NCBI GenBank assembly: GCA_051313645.2
Contig: JBNRSN020000306.1
Coordinates: 434,001-498,000, forward strand
DNA: 64,000 nt
Source of the DNA: Centroscyllium fabricii
Taxonomy: Eukaryota
Reading direction: 5' to 3'
In this document: one piece after another, positions 11,796 through 24,987 of the stretch
Layout: every line of letters starts with the position of its first letter
Numbering within the stretch: the stretch's first letter is position 1
Program-made: the position numbers and the translations under genes
Notes under the pieces: model-generated
Seen by the model: the letters and a program-made list of their open reading frames with translations, nothing else
The model's database searches: none
What the model was told of the DNA's origin: nothing

Positions 11796-14422
11796 ACAAT
11801 TCTAAGAAACGATATTAGCTCTGATGATGTGGAATCTGTATGCGTAGAACTGAGAAGTACCAATGGGCAGAAAACGTTCGTGGGAGTGGTATATAAACCT
11901 CCAAAGAGCAATGCAGATATTGGGGACGACATTAAGAGGAAAAATAGAGAAGCATGCAATATGGGCACAGCACTTTTCATGGGTGACTTTAATTTACATA
12001 TATATTGGGCTAACCAAATTAGTAACAATGCTGTGGAGGAGGACTTCCTGAAGTGTATACAGGATGGTTTCCTGGACCAATATACCGAGGAACCAACTAG
12101 AGATCAGGCCATCTTGGACTGGGTTTATGTAATCAGCAAGGATTAATTAGCAATCTTGTTGTGAGAGACCCCGTGGGTCGGAGCGATCATAACATGAGGA
12201 ATTCTTCATTAAGATGGAGTTGACTCAGAGACTAGGGTGCAGAATTTAAATAAAGGAAACTACGATGGTATGAGATGCAAGTTGGGTAGGATTGACTGGG
12301 GAATTTTACTCAAATGATTGTCGGTGGATAGGAAATGGCAAATATTCAAAGATCGCATGGATGACTTACGGAATTTTTTTCAGCCCATTTTGGCATAAAA
12401 ATGAAACAGAAAAGGTGATAACAGTGGTTAACACAGGGAAATTAGCGAGAGCATAAGATCCAAGGAGGGGTCATATAAATTGGCCAGAAAATGTAGTAAA
12501 CCTGAGGATTGGGAGCAGTTTAGCGTTCAACAAACGATGCTGAAGGATTAATTATGAGGGCGAAAATATAGTGTGAGCGTAAACATACTGGGAATATAAA
12601 AACTGACTGTAAACAACTTTATAGATACGTGAGGAGAAAAATATTGGTGAAGTCAAGCGTAGGCCCCTTGCAGTCAGAATTAATGGAAATTAAAATGGGG
12701 AACAAGGAAATGGCAGACCAATTAAATAAATATTTTGGTTCTGCCTTCACAAAGGAGGACACAAATAATCTCCCAGGCATGTCAGGGAACATAGGTTCTA
12801 ATGAAAGGCAGGAACTGAAAGAAATCAGTATTTGTAGGGAAATGGTTTTGGGGAAATTGACGGGATTGAATGCTGATAAATTCCAAGGGCCTGATAATCT
12901 ACATCCTAGTGTACATAAGGAAGTGGCCTTAGAAAAAGTAGATGCAATGCTGGTCATCATCGAAAATTGAATAGACTCTGGAAATGTACCCATGGATTTG
13001 AAGGTAGCTAATGTTACCCCACTATTCAAAAAGTTGGTTGAGAGAAAACGGAAAACGGAATTTGGCAAAATGCCCGCTAAAAAAGATGTAATAGCAGAGC
13101 ACTTGGAAAACAGTAAATGAATCAGACAAAGGCAACATGGATTTACAAAGCGTAAGTCGTGTTTGACTAACCTACTGGAATTTTTTGAGGATGTAACTGG
13201 TAAAATAATTAAGGGAGATCCAGTGGATGTGGCGTATTGGACTTTCAAAAGGCGTTTCATAATGTCGCGCATAGGAGATTAGAATGTAAAGATAGGGCAC
13301 ATGGGATTGGGGGCAAGGTATTGACTTGGATAGAGAACAATTTGGCAGACAGCAAGCAAAGAGTTGTTATAAATGGTTCATTTTCCGAGTGGCAGACAGT
13401 GACTAGTGGGGTACCGCAGGGATCGTTCCTTGGACCCCAGCTATTGACTATATATTTCAATGATCTATACGAGGGGACTAGATGTTCTATCCCCAAGTTT
13501 GCAGATGACACAATGCTAGCAGGGCGTGCATGCTGTGAGGATGGTGACGAGAAACTCCAGTATGATTTGGCAGGTTGTTTGAATGGGCAGAAGCATGGCA
13601 GATGCAATATAACGTGGATAAATGCGAGGTTATCCATTTTGGTGTCAATAAGAGTAAGGCAAGGTATTATGTGAATGGCAGTAGATTGGGAGAAGGGAAA
13701 TGGAACGGGACCTGGATGTCTTTGTGCAACAGTCGCTGAACATAGGCACACAGGTGCAGCAGGCGTTTAAGAAGGCAAATGGTATTTTAGCTTTCGTAGC
13801 GAGAGGGTTTCAGTCCAGGAACAAGGAGGACTTTCTGCAGTTGCCTAGTTGAGAACATATCTTGACTATTGAGTGCAGTTTTTGTCACCTTATCTGACGA
13901 CGGATATTATTGCCACGGAGGGAGTGCAGCGACGATTCACCAGGTTAAAACCTGGGCTGGCAGGAATGACGTATACAGTTAGATTGGGTCGGTTGTGTTT
14001 ACACTCGCTGGAGTTTAGAAGAATGATAGGGGATCTCATTGAAACTTATAAAATTAGAAAAGGACTAGACAGACTAGATGCAGGAAGGATGTTCCGGATG
14101 GTCGGGGTGTCCAGAATCAGGGGTCACAGTCTAAGGATAAGGGGTAACCATTTAGAACAGAGATGAGGAGGAACCTCTTCACCCAGAGAGTGGTGAACCT
14201 GTGGAATTCTCTACCACAGAAGGCCATAGAGGCAAAATCATTAAATATATTCAAGAAGGAGTTGGATATATTTCTCAAGGCTAAAGGGATCAAGGGATGT
14301 GGGAAGATCGCAGGGATAAGATACTGAGTTTGGATGATCAGCCGTGATCTCATTCAATGGCAGAGCAGTCTCGAGGGGCCGACAGGTCTACTCCTGCACC
14401 TATTTTCTATGTTTCTATGTTT
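11796..14422 (+). mobile_element. CR1 LINE ORF2 (APE endonuclease plus RT), 5'-truncated, degenerate
   Basis: GVVYKPP, MGDFN, EPTR..AILDWV, DFQKAF, SGVPQGS.LGP, KFADD; 3' tail TTTCTATGTTTCTATG. Confidence 0.92.
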
Positions 14423-14569
14423 CAATGCAAATGGAATATAATGTGCAGAAATGTGAAGTTATCCACTTTGGTAGGAAAAATAGTACAGCGGATTACTTTT
14501 ATATGCTGAATGATTGGGAAATGTTGTGGTTCAGTAGAAGAATCACTGAAAGTTCACATGTAGGTACAA

Positions 14570-14715
14570 AGAAACACAGAAATAGGAGCAGGAGTAGGAC
14601 ATTCGGCTCTTCAAGCCTGCTCCGCCATTTTTTGACGTGATCATGGCTGAGCATCCAAACCCAGCACCCTTCCCCCAGTACCCTCTACCCATATCTCCCG
14701 ACACCCCCAACTCTA
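14570..14715 (-). mobile_element. CR1 3'-tail fragment, inverted
   Basis: AGAAATAGGAGCAGGAGTAGGACATTCGG...AGCCTGCTCCGCCATT is the reverse complement of the CR1 tail. Confidence 0.7.
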
Positions 14716-14739
14716 AGAACGATATCTCACACACATACT

Positions 14740-14939
14740 CATGGGCAATTCTCAGTATCTCCAATTCACCTAACCTGCATGTCTTTGGGTGGTGAGAGGA
14801 AACCGGAGTACCCGGAGGAAACCCACACGAACACGGTGTGAACATGCAAACTCCACGCAGAGAGGTCCCGGGCCAAGCAGGATTCGAACCCAGGAGCTCC
14901 TTATTGAGAGGCAGCAGTGCTAACCACTGCGCCACCGTG
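14740..14939 (-). mobile_element. tRNA-derived V-SINE (HE1-like)
   Basis: Minus strand A box TGGCGCAGTGG, B box GGTTCGAATCC, V-domain-like TGGAGTTTGCATGTTC...GGGTTTCCTCCGGGTACTCCGGTTTCCTC. Confidence 0.85.
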
Positions 14940-15619
14940 TTGTATAGGAAGCAATTTAAAAATAATTGGTATGTTGTCCTTTATTATAAGAGGTTTTGAG
15001 TATAAGGGAAAGAACGACTTATTGTAATTATATAGGACCCAGTTGAGAACACACCTGGAGTATTGTGCACAGTTTTGTTTTCCGAACCCAATGGAAGGTT
15101 ATACTCGCCATTGAAAGAGTGCAATGAATCTTCACCAGACTGACGCCTAGGACAGAGAGATTGTCTTATGAGGAGTGATTGAATACACAAGGACAATATA
15201 CATTTGAGATTGGAAGAATCAGAGGTGATCTCATTGAAACATAGAATATTATTCCATGGTTTGACATGGTAGATGCTGGGAGAATGTTTCCAATGGCTGG
15301 ACAGTTTGGAACCAGGGACCACAGTGTCAGAATAAGGGGTCGGCCATTTAGGACTGTGCTGAGGAGAAACGTCTTCACTCAGAGTGTAATGAAACTTTGG
15401 AATTCTCTGACCCAGAATGCTATGGAGGCTCAGTATTTGAGTTTATTGAAGACAGAGATCGATAGATATTTTAATATTAACGGAATCAAGGGATATGGGG
15501 ATAGCGCAGGAAAGTGGAGCTAAGGTAGCAGATCAGCCATGATCCTATTGAATGACAGAACAGTCTCGAAGGGCTAACTGGCCGAATTTTCCTCCTATTT
15601 CTTCTGTTCGTATGCTATT

Positions 15620-17135
15620 ATGTTGAGAAAGAAAGAGAATTCAATGTTCAAGTCGATACCCTTTCTGCAGAACTGGAAGATATTACAGATTAACACTTTA
15701 ATAGGAATGATAGAGATAGAAAAACCTGGGGTAGGGAGGAAAGAAGAACGCCGAGGTCTGTGACCGGTTGGAGGGCAGGAGTGATTGAAAGGCAATAGGG
15801 TGAAGATTTAAGCTAAATGGGGCAATGAAAGAATACTGGTCCAGAGGCGGTCTAAATGTATAAACAAGAATAACGGGGGGAGGGAATCACGGTAAATCTC
15901 GCAAATCACAGAAGACTCCCGTGGCCCGGGAATGTGATGGAGAAAATAGGGTAAAGTCTGGGTAGGCCCCGGAGGTGGGTTCCAGCCCGCAGCCCGTGCA
16001 CGGTTAGGGGATCCCCAACCCAAGTACCAGCCAGCACCTCCTCCACGCCCAGTGGCACCGGTTTAGGCAATCCCCGATTATCAGCACATGCTGTCTGTGA
16101 AAACGACAGAGATGGATATGATCTGAACCTTGTAACGCTGCTGTTGATTCTGGCAGAAAATAAATTGTCCAATCGAAAAACACAGAGCAGTTCCTCATTG
16201 AAATCTTTTAGATTCGTGCAGGAGTCCGAGGATGGAGAGACGATAGTGGGATTTAAATGTAGAATTGAAGTGGAAAGCGACGGGAAGCTCGGGATCACAC
16301 TTGGAGACTGAACCGAGATTTTCAGAAAAGCAATCACTCAATCTGCGTTAATCCTCCCCAATGAAAAGGAGGCTGCATCCTACGATGATGCTGAACTGGA
16401 AGAATTACCAGTAGTTCGCGAAATGTGAGGGACAAATTTGTTTCGCCCTGGACAATGGGAAGGATGGAGGAGAAAGGGCAGGAGCTGCATCTTCTCTGCT
16501 TGAATAGTTTGGTTCCAGGCGAAAGGGAGCGGATGTTGGGGGTGATCGAAGAGTTGACCAGTTTGGCGCGAGTGGAGCTGGGGCGGGAGGGGTACAGAAG
16601 GATTGGAAAGTATGTTTGGCGGCAGCCTTAGCTAGATTTGACGGAAATTGCAGAGAATGATCTGTTGAAGGGGGAGGCGGCTGGAGTGGAAGGTGAGCAG
16701 AAGGAGTCACCATTTTGGTTCTGGCAGGGAGGGTACGGGGTGGTGACATTGATGCTGGAAATTGGATTGACACGATCTTGGGCCATGTCTACCACAGTGG
16801 ACGGGAATCCTTGGCTGTGGAAGAATGAAGCGATTTCTGAAGTCCTGATCTGGCAGTTTGCATCGTCAGAAGATCCAGCGGAGATGGAGCAACTGGCAGA
16901 ATGCAACAGAGACATTCCTGGAAGCGGGCTGGGAGGAGGTGTAATGAAGATGGCTGAGGGAGACGGTGGGCTTATAGTAGATATTAATGGACAGCCCATC
17001 TTCTGAAATGGAGATTGAGGCGCAGAGGTAGATTATGCAAGTGTCAGTGATGGTACTTGTGAAGTTGAGGGAGGGTTTGAAATTAATAGCAATGTTACTG
17101 AAACTTTCTGGTTTAGGCAACAGAATGAAAATAGT
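15620..17135 (-). mobile_element. Penelope-like element 3' part (RT end and GIY-YIG remnant)
   Basis: LNFTSTI...INIYYKPT, SFFHSQGFPSTVV, degenerate 'IGE..R.L..F.E.L' near 16320-16380, terminal AAAGGGTATCGACTTGAA. Confidence 0.65.
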
Positions 17136-17189
17136 CCCAGTCATGAGTACATTGCACAATGGAAAACGGGGGCCGCCGTATTTTTGGAA

Positions 17190-18760
17190 ACGGCACCTGT
17201 CATCAATTTAATGGACAGTTTCCTCGAACAATATGTCATGGAAACAAACAGGGAAAAGGCTAAATTAACTTTTGTATTGTGTAATGAGACAGGGTATATT
17301 ACCATTCGCACAGTAAAGGATCTCTGGGGCAGAGTGATCATAATATGATAGAATTTTACTTTAATTATAAGAGTGACTTGCCTAAATCCGAAACAAGGTC
17401 CTAAACATAAATAAAGCCAATTACATAGGTATGAGGGGCGTGTTGTCTAAGTTCGAGAGGAGAAATAGATGCAAAGGTATGGCAGTAGAGAAGCAGTTGC
17501 TAGCCTTTAAAATATATAATACAATTCTCAACAAATTGCATTCCATTGAGAAACACAAACTCCACGGGAAAAGTGATCCAACCGTGGCTAACTAAAGAAG
17601 ATAAGGATAGCAGTAGATTGAAAGAAGTATCTTATAATGTTGCAAATAATAATAGTAAGCCTGAGGCTTGGGAAACTTTCAGAAATCAGCAAAGGTTGAC
17701 CATAAAATTATCAAAGCGAATAAAATAGAACATGAGAGAAAACAATCTAGACATATAAAGCGTAATGTAAGATTTTCTAAAAGTGTGGTAAAAGTAAGAG
17801 CGTAGCAATAGTAAACGCTGGTGCCTTAGTGGCTGAGACAGGATAAATTATTATGGCGAATACGGAAATGGCAGAAATGTAAACAAATATTTTATATCTG
17901 TCTTCACAGTTGAAGACATATAAATCACACCAAAACTGGTGGTGAATAAATGGTCTAATTAGGGTGAGGAACTTAATGTAATTAATATAAGTAGAGAAAA
18001 AGTACTAGAGGAACTAATGGGACTAAAGGCCAAAAAATCCCCTGGACCTGACGGCGTCCATTCTAGGGTTCTTAAAGAGGTGGCTGAAGAGACAGTGGAT
18101 GCATTGGTTTTGATCTTCCGAAAATTCTTACATTCTGGATAGGTCCCAGTGCATTGGAAGACCGCAAATATAACACCGCTAGTCAAGAAAGGAGTAAGTG
18201 AAAAGACATTGAAATACAGGCCAGGTAGCCTGACATCATTCGTAGGGAAATGACTGGAATCCATTGTAAAGGAAGTGGTGTCAAGTCATGCAGAAAATCA
18301 CAACATGATTCGGCAGTGTCAACATGGTTGTCTGAAAGGGAAATCGTGTTTGACAAATGTATTTGAGTTATTTGAGGATGGAACTAACAGGATAGACAAA
18401 GGAGAACCCGCGGGTGTAGTATATTTTGATTTCGAAAAGGCATTTGATGAGGTGCCTCATAAAAGGTTATTACACAAGATTTAGACTCTTGGGGTTGGGG
18501 TTTATATAGTAGCGTGGATAGCGGATTGGTTAACGGACAGCAAGCAGAGAGGCTAAACGAATCGTTTTCATGTTAGCAGGCTGTAACAAGTGGTGTACCG
18601 CAAGGATCAGTGCTTGGGCCTCAGCTATTTACAATCTATATTAATGACCTATGAAGGGGCCGAGTGTAACGTATCCAAGTTTGCTGATGATACAAAGCTA
18701 GTTTGCACAGTAAGCTGTGAGGAGAACAGAGAGTGTCTGAAAAAGGATTAATGTAGAGTG
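17190..18760 (+). mobile_element. CR1 ORF2 fragment, degenerate
   Basis: QHGCLKGKSCLTN, VYFDFEKAFDEVPH, GGTGTACCGCAAGGATCAGTGCTTGGGCC, AAGTTTGCTGATGA. Confidence 0.85.
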
Positions 18761-18979
18761 AGTGATTACGCAGACCTCAGAATGAAGGAAGTCACGCGTG
18801 CTGTGGGACAGTAGGGGCAGAAGAAACATTTCGATTTTTGTTGAGAGCCTGAAGATGAAAGAGTTGTCTGTGTGGTGTGGAATGAAACACTGTCAAATAA
18901 TAATTGATTCAATTCATCACAAAAAATCAAGATCTTTAAGGAAGAGAGGGGGAATAATTAGTAAAGTAATCAAACAGTG

Positions 18980-20765
18980 AATCAAACTATTGGCTCGGCT
19001 GATTGTATCAGCACATCCCAAAACAGATACTGAAGAACCAGCAGAGACATTATTGTATCAGTGTAAAATGGCATTGAGAAACGGCAGACTGCCAGAGGAC
19101 TGGCGGAGATTGCATATTATTCCAGTGCTTAAACCAGAAAACTGAAAAAATATCCAATGATCTTTAGAGCAGTTAGCCTAAAGCCTCTCGCAGAGAAACA
19201 CAATTGCATTTTTACTCAAAGCTGTAATAGGAAAACATCTAGAAACAAAATAATACAACAAGTAGTTGTCAGCACATTTTCCAAAAGGCCATGTCATGCT
19301 TGACCAATCTTGCTGCATAATTGTAAAGAAACACTTGCATTTAGATAATGCCTTCCCTGACCAGCGGACGTCTCAACGTGATTTACAGACAATGAGGTAG
19401 GTTTGATGCGTAGTCACTGGCGTAATGTGTGAAAGGAGGCAGCTCATTTAAGCTCAGAAAGATGCGACAACCAACAATAGGGAGAGAACCAGATGATCTA
19501 TTCTTATTATTTTTGAGCGATAAATATGAGGCAGGACAACGGAGTTAACTCCCCTAATAGTGCCATAGGGTCATTTACGTCCAACTGAGAGGGCAGATAA
19601 GATGGAGGATAAGCCTAATTTTATGTTCTACCAGTTCCTGGCGTGGGACTTGAACCAACAACCTTTTAGACCCAGGGACGTGTGTTCTACGCACTGCGCC
19701 ACAGCTGTCACGGGAGTCGCTGTAGTAGATGTAATATAGCTTGATTTTCTAACTCCCTTCGTTATGGTACCACATTGCAGACACATGCCTAATCACAGAG
19801 CAAGTTAGCGGACAAGCAGCAGAATATAAGACACGCTGGCTGATAAAACGGAAAATTGGGAGTAGGGAATAAAGGAATTTACGCAGATTGGTTGAATACC
19901 TGAACATACCTGAAGATATTAATACACTTGCAGATTGGGCGTTTACATGGAAAATTAATTTCAACGTAGCTAAGTGTCGACTGCAGGAATTTGTTAGGAA
20001 GAATAAGCTTCTGAAATAATCATTGGAAAATACGAGTCAGAAAAGTCTAGAGTGGCAAAGGGTTTTAGGGATACAGATGCACAAATCATTTAAAGTAGCA
20101 ATGCAGGGTAACAAGGCCATGAAATGTCAAAGAAGCACTGGGGGGAATTTCTAGAGGAACAGAATCTTATAGCTAAGAGGTTATAATAATATTAAAAAGG
20201 GACCATCTTTATATCAAAATTAGTTTACTGTGTACAGTTCTGATCAAACAAAATCCGGGCAGTAGAGGAAGGGCACATTTTTTTTACAATGATGATTATA
20301 GGACTGAAAGATCTTAACTAACAGAACAGAACGAACAGACTCGGTCCCCTGGTTGCAGATATTTGAAGGCTGAAGTGTAACTTAATACAGGGCTTTGTAA
20401 TGATGAATGAGTTCTAGAGGATTGACATAGAGCAGATATGTTAAATTGCAAGTTTGTCTAAACCTGGAGAAATAAATATAATATAGTCCCTGAATATTCC
20501 ATTAATGAATTCAGGAGAGACGTCTTTATTCAGAGTGTGGTCAGAATGTGGAATTCGCTACAATATGGAGTAGGTGAGGTGAACAACATAATGCAATTAA
20601 GTGGAGGACCGACAGGTTCATGAGTGAGGACGGATTAGAAGCATATGCTGATACGGTTGAAGGGTGGGATGGAGAGCGGCTCATGTGGATGATAAACAAC
20701 AAACCAGTAATTGGGCAGGATCGTCTACTATTGTGCTTTAAATTTTATGCTGTTCTATGTAACTG
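18980..20765 (+). mobile_element. Highly diverged CR1 remnant containing a SINE insert
   Basis: CCAGAGGACTGG, TCATGCTTGACCAA and CAGAGTGTGGTCAGAATGTGGAATTC motifs with a 3' tail near 20750. Confidence 0.55.
19330..19710 (-). mobile_element. Old tRNA-headed SINE (DeuSINE/SacSINE-like)
   Basis: Minus-strand head TGGCGCAGTG...GGTTCAAGTCCC; body ACTTGCATTTA...TTTACAGACAATGA...GTAGTCACTG on +. Confidence 0.6.
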
Positions 20766-21461
20766 AAGTAAAAATTAATCACTGTAATCAGTTATTTCCT
20801 AACATTCCAGCTTTTGAAGTATTTAGTTATTGAAGCAGTGCACTATTACTTCCATTATTAAAGAATTACTAATGTTATTATTATTACCCCAGGACTGCTC
20901 TCTTTATTATCTAGACACGATATATATGTTCTTCAGTTATCTTCCACCGCGCAGGGACACATCTCACTGAGCTAAGGCGAGAGATCGCTGCAGGTACCTA
21001 TGTAGTGAATCTGAATCATAGATAAGAAACCAATCGTCAAAGCTTAATCAGTTACAAAAATTGACAGTTGAATAACCACAGCACAATTCATCCTGTATAA
21101 TTACAAGATAATAAAATCCTGCCCCCAAGGTACACAGATACTCAGGACCGTGTTGCGGGAAGGGGATTAATCAACACCCAAACTATTAAAGTATTTACAG
21201 TACCTGAAGTTAAAGTAAGATTAAATCATTATGCAGAAGATTTGAATAAGGTAACATTGCTGAACTGCTGTTTACATGTCAGTAAATAGTTCTCATCAGT
21301 TTCTGTTGATGCAGTTCAAGAGGAAACAGCGCAATATCAATGCATTTCTCTCTGTAAGAATATTACCAAATATCTTGAATCAACAGCAAAAACAGCATTG
21401 CTGTATCGGCAGTGGAGAGATCAGTCACCTAAAACCAGGAATTCAAAGAAGTACCGGATTG

Positions 21462-22262
21462 TTCAAATCCGGTTAGTGACCCGCACTCAGTACAGTGCTA
21501 GAGTGAGAGATACTCCGAGTAATAAATGGCCACTGGGTTCAGGTTTTCCACTCCTGTGAGTGACCCGCACTCAGTACAGTTCTAGAGTGAGAGATACTCC
21601 CAGTAATAAATGGCCACTGGGATCAGATGTTCCACTATGGTTAGTGACCCGCACTCAGTACAGTTCTAGAGTGAGAGATACTCCCAGTAATAAATGGCCA
21701 CTGGGATCAGATGTTCCACTATGGTTAGTGACCCGCACTCAGTACAGTTCTACAGTGAGAGATACTCCCAATAATACAAGGTCACTGAGGTCAGGTGATC
21801 CCCTCCTATGAGAGACCCACACTCAGTACAGTGCTAGAGTGCGAGATACTCCAAGTAATACATGGTCACTGGGGTCAGGTGAACCACTCCAGTTACTGAC
21901 CCACACTCAGTACAGTTCTACAGTGAGAGATGCTCCCGGAAATACATGGCCACTGGGGTCACGTGACCCCTCCTGTGAGTGATCCACACACAGTACAATT
22001 CCACAATATCAGCCACTCCCAGTAATACATGGCCATTGGGGTCAGGTGTTCCCCTCCTGTGAGTGACCCACACTCAGTACAGTTCTACAGTGAGAGATAC
22101 TCCCAGTAATACATGGCCATTGGGGCCAGGTGCTCCACTCCGGTGAGTGATCCACACTCAGTATAGTTCTACAGTGACAGATATTCCCAGTAATACATGA
22201 CCACTGGGGTCAGGTGTTCCACTCCAGTTAGTGACCACCCTCAGAAAATTCTACAGTGACAG
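21462..22262. repeat. 84-bp minisatellite, ~9.5 copies, in the GPCR intron
   Basis: GTGACCCGCACTCAGTACAGT at 21476, 21560, 21644, 21728 and degenerate copies onward. Confidence 0.92.
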
Positions 22263-22581
22263 CCCCTTCCACCAATTCTCCACCTCGGTGAGTTGCTTGC
22301 ACTCAGCATTGATTCAACAGTACATGATTTTCAACTAAAGGCAATAACTTCATATTTCAGCTAGCCTGTGAACTAAAAACAGTGGTTTACTTTCAGTTGA
22401 TGCAATGGAATAAAACTGCAGCGACAATTCAGCACATTTGACTTAAGGACATTATATCACTGCTCGGATGTCTATATAACTGTCAGCACTAGACCAGCAT
22501 GTAACATGAATAGTTACAGTGAAAAACCCGAGAGCTGCTCACTCAAAGCTTTCCACAAGGTCAATGCTTCTCGTCACTTAC

Positions 22582-22648
22582 CAGGAACACCAATGACAGC
22601 AAGGATCATGTAATATATTTTTTCGATACTGTCAATTGGTAACTGCAT
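22582..22648 (-). CDS. Class A GPCR, GPR139/GPR142-like, exon 1 (MQLPIDSIEKIYYMILAVIGVP)
   Basis: ATG at 22648, 67 nt (phase 1), donor GTAAGT at 22581; supplies the first half of TM1. Spliced CDS is 1068 nt, 355 aa. Confidence 0.85.
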
Positions 22649-22726
22649 TTTCTGTGTGAAGCGATGGGGCCCTTCGTCTGCAGGCAATCTCTCTGAATTA
22701 TACTCTGAGGCAATACATTCCCACAG

Positions 22727-22739
22727 CCTTTTATTTATC
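22727..22739 (-). promoter_or_regulatory. Candidate TATA-like element of the GPCR gene
   Basis: GATAAATAAAAGG about 80-90 nt upstream of the ATG; position only. Confidence 0.35.
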
Positions 22740-23159
22740 CCTGTGAGATGTCCACTGGGACATTGAGGTTGCAACATCGTCCAAAATATTTATTTTTAAA
22801 ATTTGAACAAACAGATGACGACAGCCGAGATAGTCCCTGTTGTGATTTAATTTATTTAGTGCGGAGATTGAAATTAAAAGTCCCAAATACTGAAGAATTC
22901 TGATCACATTAATTGGTTAATGATAGTTGCCAGCTGTCTACTTCTAGTAATAGTGTGGTTGTTCGAAATACGATCAGGTGAATCTCTGGATCTCATATTG
23001 TCTCGGTGACGTCCTTCTCTCTGCGGTGGCCATTCAGAAATTGAACTACCAATGTTATAGTGTCCTCACAGGGCTGCCCTGCTGCACCCTGGGATGTGAC
23101 GACCCTCGTTAATTGTAGCCATTCAGTTATGCAACTAAAGTGAGGAATTGTTTTCGATG

Positions 23160-23575
23160 GAACCTCAAACTTATACAGACCCTCAATCTAATACAACTCC
23201 TAAAATAATAAAGGTGCTACATCGAATAATAAATACTAAAATAAAGCAGCATCTCCAACCAATCAGCACTTCACACTAACACAGCCTGTCAAATTAATAC
23301 AACCCTTCAAACTAGCACAGCATATTTAGAAATACCGAACGAAAACCAAGCCAACACCATAAGCCAGTACAGAAACTCAAACCAATTCAGCCCTAACCTA
23401 ATACAGGCCCTGAAACTAAAACAGACCATCAGCCTGCTGAAGCACCTCAATTCACAGCACCTCAAAAGCAGCACCTTAAACATAGCACCTCACACACATA
23501 CAGGACTTCCAACACTTAGAGCACCTCAAACTATTTCAGCACCTGAAACTTACGCAATACCAAAAACGAAAGCAA
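23160..23575. repeat. AC-rich low-complexity degenerate repeat
   Basis: Recurring (A)CAGCACCTCAAA-like words with strong A/C skew. Confidence 0.55.
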
Positions 23576-24739
23576 TGCATCAAGGCAGTTCAGCATCTGA
23601 AACTAATGCAGCTCGATACCATCCGGGAAAAATCTGCCCACTTGATCGGCACCCTATGCCGCACCATAAAACTTCACTCCCTCCATTACCAGCGCAGTGT
23701 CTACCATCTACAAGAGGGATTTTAACAACTCGACAAGGCTTCTTCGATAGTATCTCACAAAGCTGCGACTTCTATCACCTAGAAGTGCCTGCTGCACTTG
23801 CATGCTTACCATCAGCGACTGCTGCACAACGACGCCCAGGTCTGGTTGCACTTCCCCTTCTCCCAATCTATTGCAATTCGGATAATATTCTGCTTCTGAC
23901 ACCAAAGTGGATAACCTCGCATTTATCTACCTTATATTGCATCTGCCATGCTTCTGCCCAATCATCGAACCTGTGCAAATCGTACTGGATACTCGCGGCA
24001 TCCTCCTCACAGCTCACATTACCATCCAGCTTTGTGTCGTCTGCAAACTTGGATATATATAATTTTGTTCCCTCACCTTGATCAATAATATATATTGTGT
24101 ATAACTGGGTGCAAGGACCAATGCCAGCCTTACCCCACTATTCACTGCCTACCAATTGGAAAAGGACCCGTTTAGTCCAATTCTTTGCTTTTTGTCTGCC
24201 AACCAGTTCTCTATCCAAGTTAATATCTTGCCACCAACCCAATTGTCTTTATTATGCACGCTAATCTCTTATGCGGGATCTTATCAAAAACCTTTTGAAT
24301 GTCTAAGTGCAACACACACACTGGTTCTCCCTAATCTATTTTTTACCAGTTATATGCTCAAACAATTCCATTAGATTAGTCAAGCACGGTTTACCTTTTG
24401 TAAATACATGTTGACTTTGTCCTATCCGGTCACTATTTTCCAAGTACTCTGCTATTACAGCTTTTATAATGGATTCTAACATTTTCCCCACAACCGTTCT
24501 CTGTAGTTATCCGCTTTATCTCTACCACCTTTTTTGAATAGTGGGTTAACATTACCTACCCTCCGATCCATGGCTACTGTTCCAGAGCCTATCGAATTTT
24601 GGAACATGACCATTAATGTATCCACTATTTCTAGGGCCACTTCCTTAAGTACTCTAGGATGTACATTATCAGGCCCTGGGGATTTATCTGTATTCTATCC
24701 CGTTAATTTCTCCAACACCATTTCCCTACAAATACTAAA

Positions 24740-24840
24740 TCAGTTCCGAAGAAAGATCATCGACCTGGAAAGTCAAATTGTTTCTCTCTGCAGCGATGCT
24801 ACCTGGCCTGCTGAGTTTCTCCATCGTTTCCTGATGTTAT
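24740..24840 (+). mobile_element. Short Penelope-like terminal fragment inside the CR1
   Basis: CAGTTCCGAAGAAAGATCATCGACCTGG...TTTCTCTCT...GATGCTACCTGGCCTGCTGAGTTTCTCCA. Confidence 0.55.
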
Positions 24841-24987
24841 ACCCTTCAAATAATCATTTGTATCAGTTCCACCCTTTCGTTAGCCGACACATTCCTCGAC
24901 ATCTCCGGGAGGTTGCTTGTGTCCTCCTTTGTGAAGATAGAAACAAAGTATGTATTTAATTGCTCTGCCATTTCATTGTTACCCATT

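Larger units (their letters stand above)
11290..15615 (+). mobile_element. Old CR1 RT remnant interrupted by younger inserts (pieces ~11290-11795, 14423-14568, 14940-15615)
   Basis: WIEDWLKDRKERV..VTRGVPQ then IEWA; resumes at 14423 with MQMEYNVQKCEVIHFG and again at 14940 through a 3' tail near 15600. Confidence 0.7.

Noticed and set aside
14860-14939. tRNA gene in the GPCR intron
   Set aside because: A and B boxes are present but there is no cloverleaf, and it continues into a V-SINE body.
21462-22262. CRISPR-like array
   Set aside because: The whole 84-bp unit repeats with no unique spacers; eukaryotic context and no cas genes.
22649-22777. Upstream extension of GPCR exon 1 given in the ORF track
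   Set aside because: Starts well upstream, spans the TATA-like element and looks non-coding; the ATG at 22648 gives a plausible short N-terminus.
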